A stretch of DNA of 64,000 nt. Origin: Octopus vulgaris (Eukaryota). The notes below the pieces were generated by a model. The model was not told where the DNA came from. It worked only from the letters and a program-made list of their open reading frames with translations, and made no database searches. Each line of letters opens with the position of its first letter. Position 1 is the first letter of the stretch. Made by a program: the position numbers and the translations under genes. Location: positions 6,820,001 to 6,884,000 of the forward strand of contig OX597818.1 in the NCBI GenBank assembly GCA_951406725.2, given 5' to 3'. Below are positions 1 to 12,671 of the stretch, piece by piece.

Positions 1-830
1 CCAATTTTTGCTCTATCAAGTCCATACTTGTTGCAAGTATCTAGGGTACCCACAATAACAGAAACAGTTCTCGCTTCCAGATGACACATTTTTTGCATTT
101 CAATTTCCAGTGCTTGACCTTTACTTAATTTGACAAATTCGTTTACAGATATGTTTTTATCAGTCGGAATACTTACATCTATTAGTCGACAAGTATTTCC
201 TTCTCTGTTTTTAATGACTATGTCTGGTTTATTATACTGGATCGTTCTGTCGGTGCTGAATAGAAAATCCCAGAGAATAGTGACATTTTTACCTTTAACG
301 ACTGGCTCGAGATGATGTTGACACCACTAAGCAGGAGTGCTGATTTTGTAGTGTTTACGTATTTTCCAACGTAAGCACCATCCTACCCTATCGTGGCGAT
401 TTTTGTATTCGTTTGGTGTCAGCACAGATCATTCCGAGACGAGAAGGTCTATTCTTTCATCAAATATATCGCAGAATCTGCATTTAGGCTCAGAACCATT
501 CTGAAGAAATTTAGCCTGGTAGTTTTTGTGAGCAAGCTTTCTATATTGTGCCGCTAGTATGAAATTTTCAGTAACTACTTTCAGTCTTGTGTTTCTCAAC
601 CATTAATGGGTTGTTGCTTGGTCTACATCAGCATTTCAGCTTCGAAGTATATATTGTCCATGCAGAGGCTTCTGACTCCACTGCTCCTCAATTTGTTTCT
701 GCCCATCCTTTTTGCAGTCCGTTTGATCCGTTCTGTAATTTTCTTGAGAGTGGTTACAGGTTCTTCATCTAATTCAGGGTTTCCTTCATCATCCTTCAGA
801 AACCCAAGCACCAGATATTCAAGAACCATT
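1..830 (-). mobile_element. R4/Dong-type non-LTR retrotransposon, degraded C-terminal fragment (zinc knuckle + REL endonuclease)
   Basis: Minus-strand translation by eye gives ENFILAAQ..NYQAK..KCRFC..EYKNRHDRVG..VTILWDF..TDRTIQYNKPDIVIKNREGNTCRLIDVSIPTD..LEIEMQKM, with stops. This is the C-x2-C knuckle / RHD / KPD..D..K layout of REL-bearing LINEs. Diverged from the copies at 1150 and 21885. Confidence 0.9.
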
Positions 831-1000
831 TGAAAAGGATGGCCTAGTCGACCACAAGAAAATTCTAATTAGGCTTCACCTGCAAGGTTGTGCGCTGTTT
901 GTCTTGATCTGAGGTCACCATGTTGTGCACACATGGTTGTGATGTATGTGCCATGCGTGCCCTTGCCAGACGGTTAGTTGTTGTGGGTTTATCAGAGATT
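831..1000. repeat. Unclassified interspersed repeat (partial copy), homologous to 5670-5800
   Basis: gaaaattctaattaggcttcacctgcaagg...tcttgatctgaggtcaccatgttgtgcacacatggttgtga aligns by eye with gaaaattctaactgggcctcagctgcaac...tcttgatatgagatcaccgtgttgcgcacatatggttgtaa. Confidence 0.75.
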
Positions 1001-1007
1001 GTATATT

Positions 1008-1056
1008 TATGATGATGATGATGATGATTATTATTATGATGATAATAATAATAATA

Positions 1057-1113
<57 letters not shown>

Positions 1114-1146
1114 TTAATAATAATAAATAAAAAATTAATTAATTAA
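1008..1146. repeat. (ATG)n/(ATA)n microsatellite, 5' flank of the Dong element
   Basis: Directly visible trinucleotide array. Confidence 0.95.
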
Positions 1147-1149
1147 TAT

Positions 1150-4100
1150 ATAGAGAAGACACCGGCGACGTTTAACAGAGAAGACTTCGGAGACGCTTAA
1201 CAGAAGACACCGGGGACGTTTAACAGGAAGACACCGGAGCCATTTAACATGTGAGAGCAATAAAACACTGCTCCGAAATCTATTCAAAACCATCGGGAAT
1301 AAAGACATCACATGAAGTCAAAGACAGTTGACGAAGGGTTAGACTATATTCTGAGTAAGTCATACTCATTGAAATTTATTTCTATTTTCCAAATGAAATG
1401 ATGTATTTTAACTGGATATCATCTCCACTGCTCGCACATCACATATAAACACGCTCGACACATTAATATCAATTACCACCAAATCATCTCTATCCCAAAA
1501 CATCATGTACGAAAAATTATAAATTAATTAATTAATACCGGTATTATTCAACCCAAGAATATCAATCAGGATGTACGATTGTTACGCGAAACAAACTACA
1601 CGTGAAAAACAATTCAACACCAGAAATGAACGGACCGGTACCCTACGAAAATGATGACCGTCGGAATAAAGGGCCGGATGTTGTTCCTCATATCCCGCAA
1701 ATAAAACCAAAAAAGCATAAATTGACACGTGAGGAATATTTCAATCCTACACGCTTATTTTACAGCAGTGATCTACCCGAAGAACGAAAACACCTCAACA
1801 TATACTTATAAAATCTGGAAGAAAAATAACCAAAATAAACACTTCGATATAACAATGAACCCTAATAAACTAGCTAACATACGAAGATATATACTCAAAA
1901 GAAAGAAAAATATTAGAAATAGAAATAGAACATTTAAAAGGAAAAATACATGAAGAAAATGTACAGAGTAGCCGCATAACAACGCCAAAAAATATAAGCA
2001 CTGAGACTGTAAAACACGAAGGTAGACGTAACATTTCCAACAAAAGGAACATAAACAACAAAAGACAACAACCCAGACCATAGGAATTTATAATAATGTG
2101 CAAAAAACACCAAAACAGAACACCACAGACAAACATATGAACGGGAAGGAAGGCGAAACAAATCTAGAACCTGGAAACAGTAAAGGGGAATCTAATGATT
2201 GTGATACTATAAAAATGAGCATAATCAAAGAACTGAAAGCTACAAATCTTAGTATGGACCACCGATTGTACCTCCCAAAAATTAAAATATATAATAAAAC
2301 AACATCAATAATAAATAGCATGAACCTGGCCGTCACAGAACTAATAGCCACAGAAACAAATGTCAATATCACTGAGCTAAATGACATAATTTATGCAGCG
2401 GCCACTGTGGACACAAAAGAAGCTGGATACTCCCTCAAACCCATCCAAACAGTAGTACCACCACCACCCAAACAAACCCTATGGATAAATAATATCCAGA
2501 AAAAACAGAAAAGAAAAGATCTGTCAATTCTTAGTGAAACTATTAAACAATCAACACTACTAAGCAACAAGAAGAGAACAAACATACTGTGCAAATACAT
2601 TACAAAAAAGGGTTACCTGAGGTAAAAGAACAGCTAGGGCAAGGTATCCTTGCCAAAGTACAAAGGATCCACCGGTGTGAGAAACGTCAACGTTTCTTCG
2701 ACCAAAACACACAGCTCAACTACAGCCCCACAAAATTCTATCAAGAACTTAGAAAAAATAAAAATAGACATCAATGCAGCAGCAACAATAGAAGAAGTGG
2801 GAGAATTTTGGGAGAGAAACATAGTCGGTGAAAGAACAACCTCAGAAAAGGGCTGTCAAAAGAACGAACTTAGCACCTGAACAAATCAAGCACTGCAAAA
2901 ACTAAGCAACTGGGAGGCACTTGGGTGCGATGAGATTCCTAAATTCTGGTTAAAATATCTGACAGGAACACACAAAAAGCTGGCTGAAAATTTTAATGAC
3001 ATACTAGTAGAGCCAGGGACTCACGAAAGTCAAAACTATCCTAATTCCCAAATCCACTGAAACGGCAAACCCACAAATTACAGAGCAATAACTTGTCTCC
3101 CTACAATTTAAAAAGCCTTTACTGCAATCATATCGCAGAGATTGATCAAGCATCTGGAAGAAAACATCCTGTTTCCAGAAGAGCAGAAGAGACGCTGCAA
3201 GGGCTCATATGGCTGTAAAGATTAACTAATGATCAATAAAGACATAACTGAAGACAGCCGCAGGAAAAAGGCCTAAGTAGAGCCTGATTCGACTACCTTT
3301 TGATAGCATCCCCAACACATGGAAACAATAAACACTAGCCATTAACTAGGTAGCACCAAATATCATAAAATACATAAGACAATCTATGAAAAAATGACAG
3401 ACGGTGCTACAGCTACAAACAAAAGAGGGACTCATGAAAAGCAAACTCATCCCTATTACAAGAGGAATATTATAGGGAGAAACGCCCTGTCCTCTCCTTT
3501 TCTGCTTGGCACTGTCACCTCTATCTGACATGCTAAACAGAACTAGATGCGGATAAATGTGTTACGACAAAACAAGTAGCCACCTCTTATATTTGGATGA
3601 CCTAAAACTGTACGCTACAAATGATAAACAGCTGGAAACATTACTACAGTCATTACATGGATTTACCAAAGCAATAAACATGGAATTTGGCTTAGTAAAA
3701 TGTAACACAGCTGTCTTGAAAAGAGAAAACTAGTTAACAGTCACAACATCACACTAGATAAAGCAAATGAAATAAGAGAATTAGACCAAAGCCAGACATG
3801 CAAATATATTGGAAACAATGATCTAGATACGATACAACACGTACAAATGAAAGAGAAAATAAAAAAAGGAATACTCTAGACGAGTTAGATTAATACTGAA
3901 AACAGAGCTCAATGCTAAAAACAAGATAATAGGTATTAACACTTTAGCCGTCCCAGTTATAAGTTACAGCTACAATATCCTCCACTGGACACTACATGAA
4001 CTATCCAAAATAGACAGGAAATCAAGAAAAATAATGACTGTATTTAGGATGCACCATCCAAAATCTGACATAGAATGGGTATATATACGAGGTATAGAAG

Positions 4101-5157
4101 GTTGTAGAGGCCTTATACAGCTGGAAAACTATTACAAAATAAACACCGTAGGACTCCAAAAACACCTGCTTCAGAAGCAAGGAAAACTAATATAAATAGC
4201 CACAAAACACGAACAAAAGAAAAGGTTGTTTTCAGTCTTTAAGAAAGCTGACAAATACAAACAAGAAGTCATACAACAAAAATTATGAAGAAGAAGAAGA
4301 CACAACAAAAGCTATAAAACAGATGAAATCCAAACTAAAACTAGAACAGCAACGGACCATGATAAAACGATGGCAAGAAAAGCTCCTTCGTGGCAAATAC
4401 TGGATTAAATTAAACGCAAAAGAAATAGACAAACCAAAATCCCAGCAATGGCTGAGAAGCTGAGGATTCAAAGCAGAAACTGAAGGACTTTTAATTGCAG
4501 CACAAGACCAACGCCTCCCCACCTGCAATTAACAAAGGCATATAATGGAAAGAAACATAACAAGTAACTGCAGAATATGTGGAGATGGACAAGAAACAAT
4601 AAATAATATTATCAATGGATGCCCAATCCTGGCTAAGAAGGAATATATTCACCGACACCACAGAGTTGGAACCTACATACATTGGAAGTTATGCCAACAC
4701 TATGGAATAACAACAGAAAAAAGATGGTATAAGCACACGCCAGAAAAAGGTCATAGGAAATGAGAAAGCAACCATGTTATAGGATATACCAATACACACA
4801 GACAGAAATTAAGGACAATAGGCTAGATATATTTGTCAGAGATCAGAAAGAAAACAATGCTTCCTTATTGAGGTATCAATACCAGCAGATGACAACGTTT
4901 CTCTAAAAGAAATGGAGAAACCTTCAACAAGAACAATTCCTATCATATCAGGTATGATAAAAGAGTATTCAGACAAATACATAACAAAAACACCAGGACT
5001 AACAAGTATATATAACATACAGAAAATAGCACTACTAGGCACTGCACACATCCTACGTAAAACACTTTCAATACAGTAACCATAAGAGCATCATAGCAAA
5101 CCATAGCGCATACTAAGGCACACAGAGCTGTACTCGGTAGTAAAAAAACAATACTCT
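1150..5157 (+). mobile_element. Near full-length R4/Dong LINE, inactivated by stops and frameshifts
   Basis: N-terminal KHKLTREEY..NKLANIRRY; RT motifs NYRAITCLPT, GCKD.LMINK, YLDDLKLYA (about 3590); knuckle CRICGDGQETINNIINGC..RHHRVG; REL LIEVSIPADDN; terminal QKIALLGTAHILRK; short 3' UTR; (TAA)n on both sides. Colinear with the 21885-24966 copy. Confidence 0.95.
1152..1250 (+). repeat. Four imperfect ~24-bp tandem repeats (gaagacaccggNgacgtttaaca) in the Dong 5' UTR
   Basis: Visible head-to-tail units with no unique spacers. Confidence 0.85.
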
Positions 5158-5159
5158 AG

Positions 5160-5252
<93 letters not shown>

Positions 5253-5280
5253 GTAATAATAAAGATGATGATGATGATAA
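5158..5280. repeat. (TAA)n microsatellite, 3' tail/target of the Dong element
   Basis: Directly visible. Confidence 0.95.
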
Positions 5281-5800
5281 TGTCCTGAATCAGTACCTCG
5301 ATGCTCTGGAGTAATAATTTCCTTGATGTTGTACGAGGCCCTGATGCAATACCAGGCACTGTTTCACATTGCTTCTGATCTTAACTGACTGGAAGTGTTA
5401 TCATGTACATTGTTTTGTCTTGGTGTAAATGATAGGCTACAGCAAATATTCTGCTGAATACTACAAACTTGTTTGTCAGTTGTTTGACCGTAACCAGTTG
5501 AGCATGTTTGTTAGTGGTTGACGATATGCGCATCTGTGATCATGAGCAGAAGTAGTGGGGGTGCTTTATATCCATATTTTGAGAACAATTCTTTGGGGAA
5601 TGGATACTTCATATCTGGAAACAAAGGTATTTCATTCAACAACCTTAAACAAGCCTTATTTAAGGACCGTTTGAGTGTGATAGTCTACTCGACCTGACGA
5701 AAATTCTAACTGGGCCTCAGCTGCAACTTCGTGTGCTGTTTAATCTTGATATGAGATCACCGTGTTGCGCACATATGGTTGTAACACATGTGCCTGGTTG
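5281..5800. repeat. Unclassified non-coding interspersed repeat abutting (TAA)n
   Basis: Its distal 130 bp matches 845-960. No convincing ORF. Both copies lie next to TAA arrays and Dong sequence. Confidence 0.65.
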
Positions 5801-6297
5801 TTGCTGTAGTACTTATCAATTATTTTGAGCTCGTGAGCTTTTCTTTTTCTAATTGTGAACGTTTCGGCTATTTCTGCATGATCATCATCAGGAGGTAGAT
5901 CATCATCAGTAGCAGTTGTGTTTCTTTTCATAATTACCGTAGCCATTGTTGTTGGTGTGGTTACTGCTTTTAACGCAATATTTTAGAAACTTTTCATGGA
6001 ATTGATGTGACTGAGATACAACGTTTATTACGATGAGAGTTCGGTAGAAATGTTATTACGGTTGTATTAGATACAAGTGTTTAAGTGAGGGAAGTAGGCA
6101 AGGGATGATATGTTGCGCCTAATGCAGTTGTAGGTTTGAGTGTAATTGATATTATTAGGTGGTTGTGTTCTTCAGGGCATTTATCGATATTTCATGTAAA
6201 ATTCTTAAGATGTATGACAGAATAAAGCTTTGAACATAAAACAGCATGAAGTATGTGAGTCTTTACACACACACGTTCACACACACCACCCACACAC

Positions 6298-6349
<52 letters not shown>

Positions 6350-6472
6350 GTACTTACAAGATATAGAAAATAGATCATATACACATCCTAACACCACTAC
6401 CCTTAGCATTAAATGTATGCACTCAGATATGCAGTCATATATATATATATATATGCATTCACAAACACACAT

Positions 6473-6529
<57 letters not shown>

Positions 6530-7375
6530 CATATATACAGATATATGCATAAAATGAGGGCGACCGGTGCAAACATATGCTTTCCTCAGAAGAAATGAAT
6601 ATATTTGCCAGTCTTTAGCTACAGGTGGAATGTGGGAAATGGATTTGTTTCGCTGGTTTATGAATGGAATCGTGAAGTGATGACGTGTCTTTCCAATAAA
6701 GAGATATTAAAGTAATACAGTCATGAACTTCCGGATTCAATTGCTGCGTACAAAGAAAGAAATATATTCGATATTATTTGTTTATCATTGTGTCTATACA
6801 ATATGCTGCGCGATGGCATTGCCACTGAAGTCTTAAGCTCTGTTAAAGACACCGCTTCTATATCAAAATAGCGTTTTCTCATATAGCGATATTAATAAAT
6901 ATTACACAACAATGCATATCATCCAGTGCAATTCAAAATACACTACTGTTGAATTAACTGAAGAATCTAAATTTTTTGGAAATAAACGAATAATGTATAG
7001 CTAATTTTTTTTTCATTTAAGTATAGGAAAAGAAATTGTAGCTCACAAGAAACAATAGGGGGACCTGAAATTATGAAAATGAGTTTAATCTTTACTAAAC
7101 TACATGCTTAATATTGACCAACGTATTTAAAGCAAACGGCAGGCGATCTTATACCTGTTTCAAATCATAGTAAGTCACATGTGATATTAGATGAAAGGAT
7201 TTACTACTGTAAAACATCAGAATTAATCGAGAACTAGATATGTAAGTTGTATAAAAACAGGAGTAGAAGCACTTTATATTTTTACAAAATACATTCTAAG
7301 ACACTCATATTGTAATAAAGATAAGCGCTATTACTGCATATGTATATATGAACACATAATACAGATGTATATACC

Positions 7376-7697
7376 CAGGCGTGGTTGCGTGGAAAGAAGC
7401 TTGCTTCCCAACCACATGATGCTCTGTTCACTCCCACTACGTGGCACCTTCGGCAGGCGTCTTCTATTATAGCTGCTGGCCAAACAAAGCCTTGTCAGTG
7501 AATTTGGTAAACAGAAACTGAAAAACGTCCGCCGTATATGCGTGTGTGAGTGTGTGTGTGTGCCTGTGATTTTCCCCCAACAACCACTTGACAATCGGTG
7601 TTTGTGTGTATAAGTACTGGAGTTGATTGATTCGACTAAACATTCAAGGTGCCGCCCCAGCATGGCTAAAATCGAAAGACAATAAAAGATGAAAAGT
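7376..7697 (+). mobile_element. tRNA-derived SINE, family A (internally deleted)
   Basis: A-box/B-box-like head (gtggttgcgtgg...gttcactccc), body and tail homologous to 25677-26087. Confidence 0.85.
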
Positions 7698-7740
7698 AAA
7701 GATATATGTGTATATGTATATATGTGTGCATATATATATG

Positions 7741-7966
7741 GGCGGCGAGCTGGCAGAAACGTTAGCACGCCGGGCGAAATGCGTAGCCGTATTTCGTCTG
7801 CCGTTACGTTCTGAGTTCAAATTCCGCCGAGGTCGACTTTGCCTTTCATCCTTTCCGGGTCGATAAATTAAGTACCAGTTACGCACTGGGGTCGATGTAA
7901 TTGACTTAATCCCTTTGTCTGTCCTTGTTTGTTCACTCTATGTTTAGCCCCTTGTGGGTAGTAAAG

Positions 7967-7970
<4 letters not shown>
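7741..7970 (+). mobile_element. tRNA-derived SINE, family B, with LINE-like tail ending gtaaagaaat
   Basis: Head ggcggcgagctggcagaa..gagttcaaattcc (B box); core gcctttcatcctttccgggtcgataaattaagtacc. Close match to 37148-37378. Confidence 0.9.
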
Positions 7971-8017
<47 letters not shown>

Positions 8018-8831
8018 CATATATACATACATACATACATATATACATACGTACATATGAGAACGCATAAAATTATATATAGAATAAGTACAGATATTTA
8101 GTGCTCATACCAGAGCACTATCTAAAATCTAAGGTCGGACCATTGACAAGCGTTTGTTCTTGACATCAGAGAAATGAAAAGATATGCATATACAAATATA
8201 ATTAAGCAGACAAACAACAAAACCAGGAAAGCGAGAATTCATAGTAGTTCACCGTATTTAAATATATTTTGGAAGCTCATAATCTATCACTGAGAATAGC
8301 GAGGAAGTTCCGAGCAGTCCTTCGTTAGAATACATCATGGATACGTAAATAGATATTCGGAAGATACATACACGCACATACACACACACACACATACACA
8401 TACATATATCTATGGAGTCGCTTGAAACGATCGTACTGCATTACTAGTTGATATCCTGTTGCTTATTTTGATTATATATATATATCTGCGGGCGAATTTT
8501 TCACTGGGTACGTATCGTTTATATATTAATGATATATTCTACTGAAGATTGCAAAAGAAGTTTTGCAGACCGTAAAATCTCGAGTTATAGATTTGTCCAA
8601 CATATTTTGTATTTTCTTGTCCATTCCCTCGCGTTCGTATCTGGTTGAATATAGGGAACAAATTTTAGAGAGGATTGTAAGTATTTGACAACTACTTCTA
8701 GCATTGGCAATGGTCATTTCCAGTAGCCCTTTACTATAATTATATTTTCATAGTTATATACGGAAAACTATTAATATTAACTATACGATCGTTTTTATGT
8801 GCTATATCATTGATATCTCGATATCTTAAAA

Positions 8832-8875
<44 letters not shown>

Positions 8876-8912
8876 GAATGGAGTTGAACGACGAATTAAC
8901 AAAATTCCTTTA

Positions 8913-8995
8913 TTTTCGACATATGTTTCAAAGGCTGCATATTCCTAATTGCGAAGGAATAAGGAGTACATTATGCCGCTTTCTCATCAGGAAAA
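8913..8995 (-). ncRNA. Minimal type-I hammerhead ribozyme in the PLE terminal repeat
   Basis: Minus strand reads ttttc CTGATGA [imperfect stem II] GAAA C ATAT G TC gaaaa: intact core, 5-bp stem I, palindromic ATAT loop III, GUC cleavage triplet. Confidence 0.8.
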
Positions 8996-9587
8996 AGCAA
9001 GGAACTTATGTCAACATCAAAATGCACAAAAAACTTTTAGATGAGTGCTCACACAGATGAGTGCCCATAGCAATAATAAGTGTCTCTTTAAAATATTCCT
9101 TTATAAGGAGCGACGTCAAAATGGTTGGATGTAGAAGATTCTAGAAAGTTCTAAAGGTTCAAGTGTTCAAACGAAGTTGGAGGACAGAGGCATAAGAATA
9201 GGAAGGTGAAAGAGTGCAGGTCATATGAAAGGTGGATTTTGTTAATTTCTTTTGTGAATGAGTGCATGTGTGTGTGACTGTATATAACTGCATTAATGTG
9301 TGTGTTTGTGTATGTGTGTGCGTGATTGTGTATGTGGATGGGTAGATGTCAGAAAACAAACAGTGGTGTGGTGAGAGGTTTGTGTCTGTGTGTTTGATTG
9401 TGCTTACTATAGAAAGAGGGAAATAGAGAGAGAAAGAGGAGGGCGAGGTTGGGGGACTAAGGCAACACATACCTCACTGGATTAGGTAGTAGTTCTTTGA
9501 AAGTATAAAAAAATTTTTTTTATGAATATAGGGGTGACATATATAAAAAAAAGTTATATTAATTAAAATTCAAGGGGTTATTAATCA

Positions 9588-10763
9588 TTATTCATATGAG
9601 TGAAAGGTGTGTTTTTGCCAGTGCATGCACCTGTAGGACCTCTCGACGATTGTATTTATTAAAAGGACTTTGGCGAACAAAATATGAAAAAGTTTGGAAT
9701 TACAGAGGCCACAAAGTTTTCTGCCCTTATCAAACGGAAAGGACACCGACAATATGGACCATTCCAGCTTGAAAGTTGTATTGCTGTCCTTCAGACGCCA
9801 AACCAATTTACTTATTCCCGTGCTGTGTTGTTTTCTCTTATCTCGGAAAGTTGAATAATGATTGGAGATCCTTTGAGCTAATTTAGAAGAAGTTGCTCCA
9901 ATGTAGAAGACATCGGTTCTAGAAGAAATTTTGCACTGGTAAATGGTATTTCTAATTTTGGAATTTTTGGATAAGAACTTTAATCTGTTGGGATTAACTT
10001 CCGATACTAAGACAGAGTTTTTATTGTTATGATAGGTGTAAATATTGTTGCTAGCATTGGCCACGATACTATTCATCTTATTATCATTACTATTAATTGT
10101 AATATCGTCGGCAATTTCTCTGACTATAGGAATGCTGTGATTGTTATCATCAATAATACAACTATTATTAGAAATGCTGTTACTATTACCACTAACACCA
10201 CCACTGTTAATAATCCGGCTAATGTTATTATCATTATTACTATTGTTAACGCCAATGCTGCTATGAATGTTGCTAATATCAATACTATTTCTATTATTAT
10301 TATTATTATTGTATGTTAGGTTGGAATTGGTAAGGGCAGTGTCGCTACTCCTGGGTAATGAGTCCTTATTTAGCAGTTTATTATTATGGGAGGCAATTAT
10401 CTGCGATAGATTTCTAGTGTTGGAATTGATAGTAGGGTAAAACCTAGAATTCCTGGGAAAGTTCCTAGCTACGGCTTCACGGAACTGTAAAGGGAGGTTA
10501 GACCTGATTTGTTTCCCGAAAGGAATGACAAACCAGATATAGTTTTTTTTGGACTTAGAATGACTCAGAGTGTTAACATTTACATTAAAGGGAGTATTTC
10601 TGTGTTGTAGAATTGGTGTTGATTTTCGATTGCCTCCCCTGGTCCGTAAATTATTTTTGTTAATTATATTAGTGTTGCTAGAGCTGAAATCATTAATAAC
10701 ATTATTTCTATTGTTATTAGTTTTCTTATCCTGAGAAGCAAATTGTTCGATTCCAGTTTGTGA

Positions 10764-10765
<2 letters not shown>
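9588..10765 (-). pseudogene. GIY-YIG endonuclease reading frame of the PLE (real part of track ORF 9588..11027)
   Basis: About 390 uninterrupted codons. The N-terminal ~87 aa of the track ORF are antisense Dong tail plus poly-Leu from (TTA)n and are artefact. Confidence 0.75.
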
Positions 10766-10767
<2 letters not shown>

Positions 10768-10847
<80 letters not shown>

Positions 10848-10875
10848 TAATAATAATAACAATAATAATAATAAC
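10768..10875. repeat. (TAA)n microsatellite (continues 11050-11117 after the Dong insertion)
   Basis: Directly visible. Confidence 0.95.
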
Positions 10876-11050
10876 AAACACATATAACATACAGAAAATT
10901 GCACTACTAGGCACTGCACACATCCTACGCAGAACACTTTCCATACAATAACCATCAGAGCATCGCAACAAATCACAGCACATACCCAAGGCACACAGAG
11001 CTGCGCTCGGTAGTGAAGTGAAAGCACGCTATAAAAATAAAACTACTGAA
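10876..11050 (+). mobile_element. Severely 5'-truncated Dong LINE (last codons + 3' UTR) inside a (TAA)n array
   Basis: Encodes NIQKIALLGTAHILRRTLSIQ* and matches 5005-5145. Confidence 0.92.
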
Positions 11051-11117
11051 TAAGAATAATAATAATAATGATAATAATAATAATAACAATAATAATAATA
11101 ATAATAACAACAACAAC

Positions 11118-11265
11118 ATCGAGAAATACATTAGGAATGTGAACACAGGTTCGAGATTTCCCGAAGACACCTGATGAAGGCTGGAGTGTGTATCAACTGA
11201 AACGTTGTTTTAACAACAAACAAGATGAGGACATATATCCGTCAATAGTAAATAATGTAAATAAA
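11118..11265 (+). mobile_element. Probable solo PLE terminal repeat with hammerhead-like motif (11166-11211)
   Basis: gacac CTGATGA aggctggagtgtgtatcaact GAAA CGTT gtttt: core intact, palindromic AACGTT helix III, stems I and II partly decayed. Confidence 0.6.
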
Positions 11266-11824
11266 ATGGCATTACCTTTTGACTCACCCTCGTACAGTCA
11301 GTGCTTTATCTGTATTGATGAATTTATGAGGTGGATTTAGAAATTACTTTGGTGATCGAAGATAAAAATGATCACCATGATGGAGAAGTCAGAACACAGG
11401 CTAGAATGATAATTACTTATAGAAGAAATGGGAGTAGAGAATGGAGAAAGAGTAATGATGAATCGATAAGAAAATGAAACATAAAAAATACCAGAGACTA
11501 CCGTACGTAAAGTACTTGTGCTTACGTAGTCTCACATCTAGCCGTCACTACATAAAATGAAACTAGGAGGTATACCAGTTCACAATATGCTTACATACAT
11601 ATCATGTATAAAAATAATATCCATATATGCCATTACGGCGTATACATACATATGCTTGCTCACAGGCGCGCACGCATATATACATACACACTTATACATA
11701 TATCTATATACATACATACATATATATATATATATAATATATTAATAAATAAAATAAAACATATGCATATATATAAACATATATGTACGTACCTACCTCT
11801 ACATGTACATATACACGCATATAT

Positions 11825-12040
11825 GAGTACAGGACACCAAAAGGACGTCAAACACAATGAGAAACGAAAACATAGACACAAACCAACTGGACATTTATTT
11901 AAAAACAGCAAAAAAAATAGAGTACAGGACAATTAACACAAAGAAAAACCCCTTCTTCAGTCGCTAAAGATTTCATCTACTCTACGTTTCGAAGGATAAA
12001 AGCGAGACGTATCTTCGACAAGAAAACTTTGCTTCCACTT
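11825..12040 (-). repeat. Possible PLE terminal-repeat remnant with decayed hammerhead half-motifs
   Basis: Minus strand has cttcGAAACGTA and CTGAAGA followed by a T-rich tail into a TA microsatellite, like the other PLE termini here. Confidence 0.35.
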
Positions 12041-12671
12041 ATTTAGATACCTATATACACTCACGGGTATGTATGCTTCTGAATTCAAGTATATATAGAA
12101 AAAATTATAAACACATATATAATAACCGCAGGCGTGACCGTGTGGTAAGAAGCTTGCTTCCGGTCCGGTTGTTAGTTGTTCTTCACTCGCCTGTTGAAGT
12201 CGCCACGCTGGTTTGCAGCTGGCGAAAATTGAATTGGAGTCGTCACGCTGGTGTGTAGCTGGCGAAAATGGGATTACTAAGACGCTCTACTGTAAGGTAA
12301 GACTTTATGCTCCTTGAGTCCAGTAGGATTTGTTGCTTGTAGGTTTATTTTTTTGTACTAGCAAGGAGTCCTTACTGTACTCGGAGCTTTTTGTCTGCCT
12401 TGCGGTGGAGACGTATGTGTTTTCTCACATAATTGTAAGAAATTGTGTTTTCCTTGTGGATTATTGGCCAGGAGTACCTTTTCGGCCGAAAAATTAATTT
12501 CTTTGCCAGCATTTGAACTCTCTTTTTCAAATTTTCATTTATTTAAAAAAAAAGAACTTTCTTTGAACTGCTATTTTTATTTTATTTCTTCCCTTCTGTT
12601 GTGTTTTTCCTTCTTCTCTTTTTTGTGTCTTTCCATATTTTACACTTTGACTATATTTGAACTTTTTTTAA

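Larger units (their letters stand above)
8872..10765 (-). mobile_element. 5'-truncated Penelope-like element (Nematis-type GIY-YIG, 3' UTR and terminal repeat)
   Basis: ORF has YIWFVIPFGKQ..NFPRNS..IIASHNNKLL and IYQCKI..FYIGAT..RISNH..STGISKLVWRLKD..LEWSIL..CGLC..RCMH, matching Nematis-clade PLE endonucleases. Hammerhead motif near the 3' end. Bounded by (TA)n and (TAA)n. Confidence 0.85.

Noticed and set aside
1152-1250. CRISPR-like short repeats
   Set aside because: Head-to-tail units with no unique spacers, eukaryotic LINE context, no cas genes.
10766-11027. Signal peptide or poly-Leu membrane anchor on the GIY-YIG ORF
   Set aside because: Antisense Dong tail and (TTA)n read through by chance.
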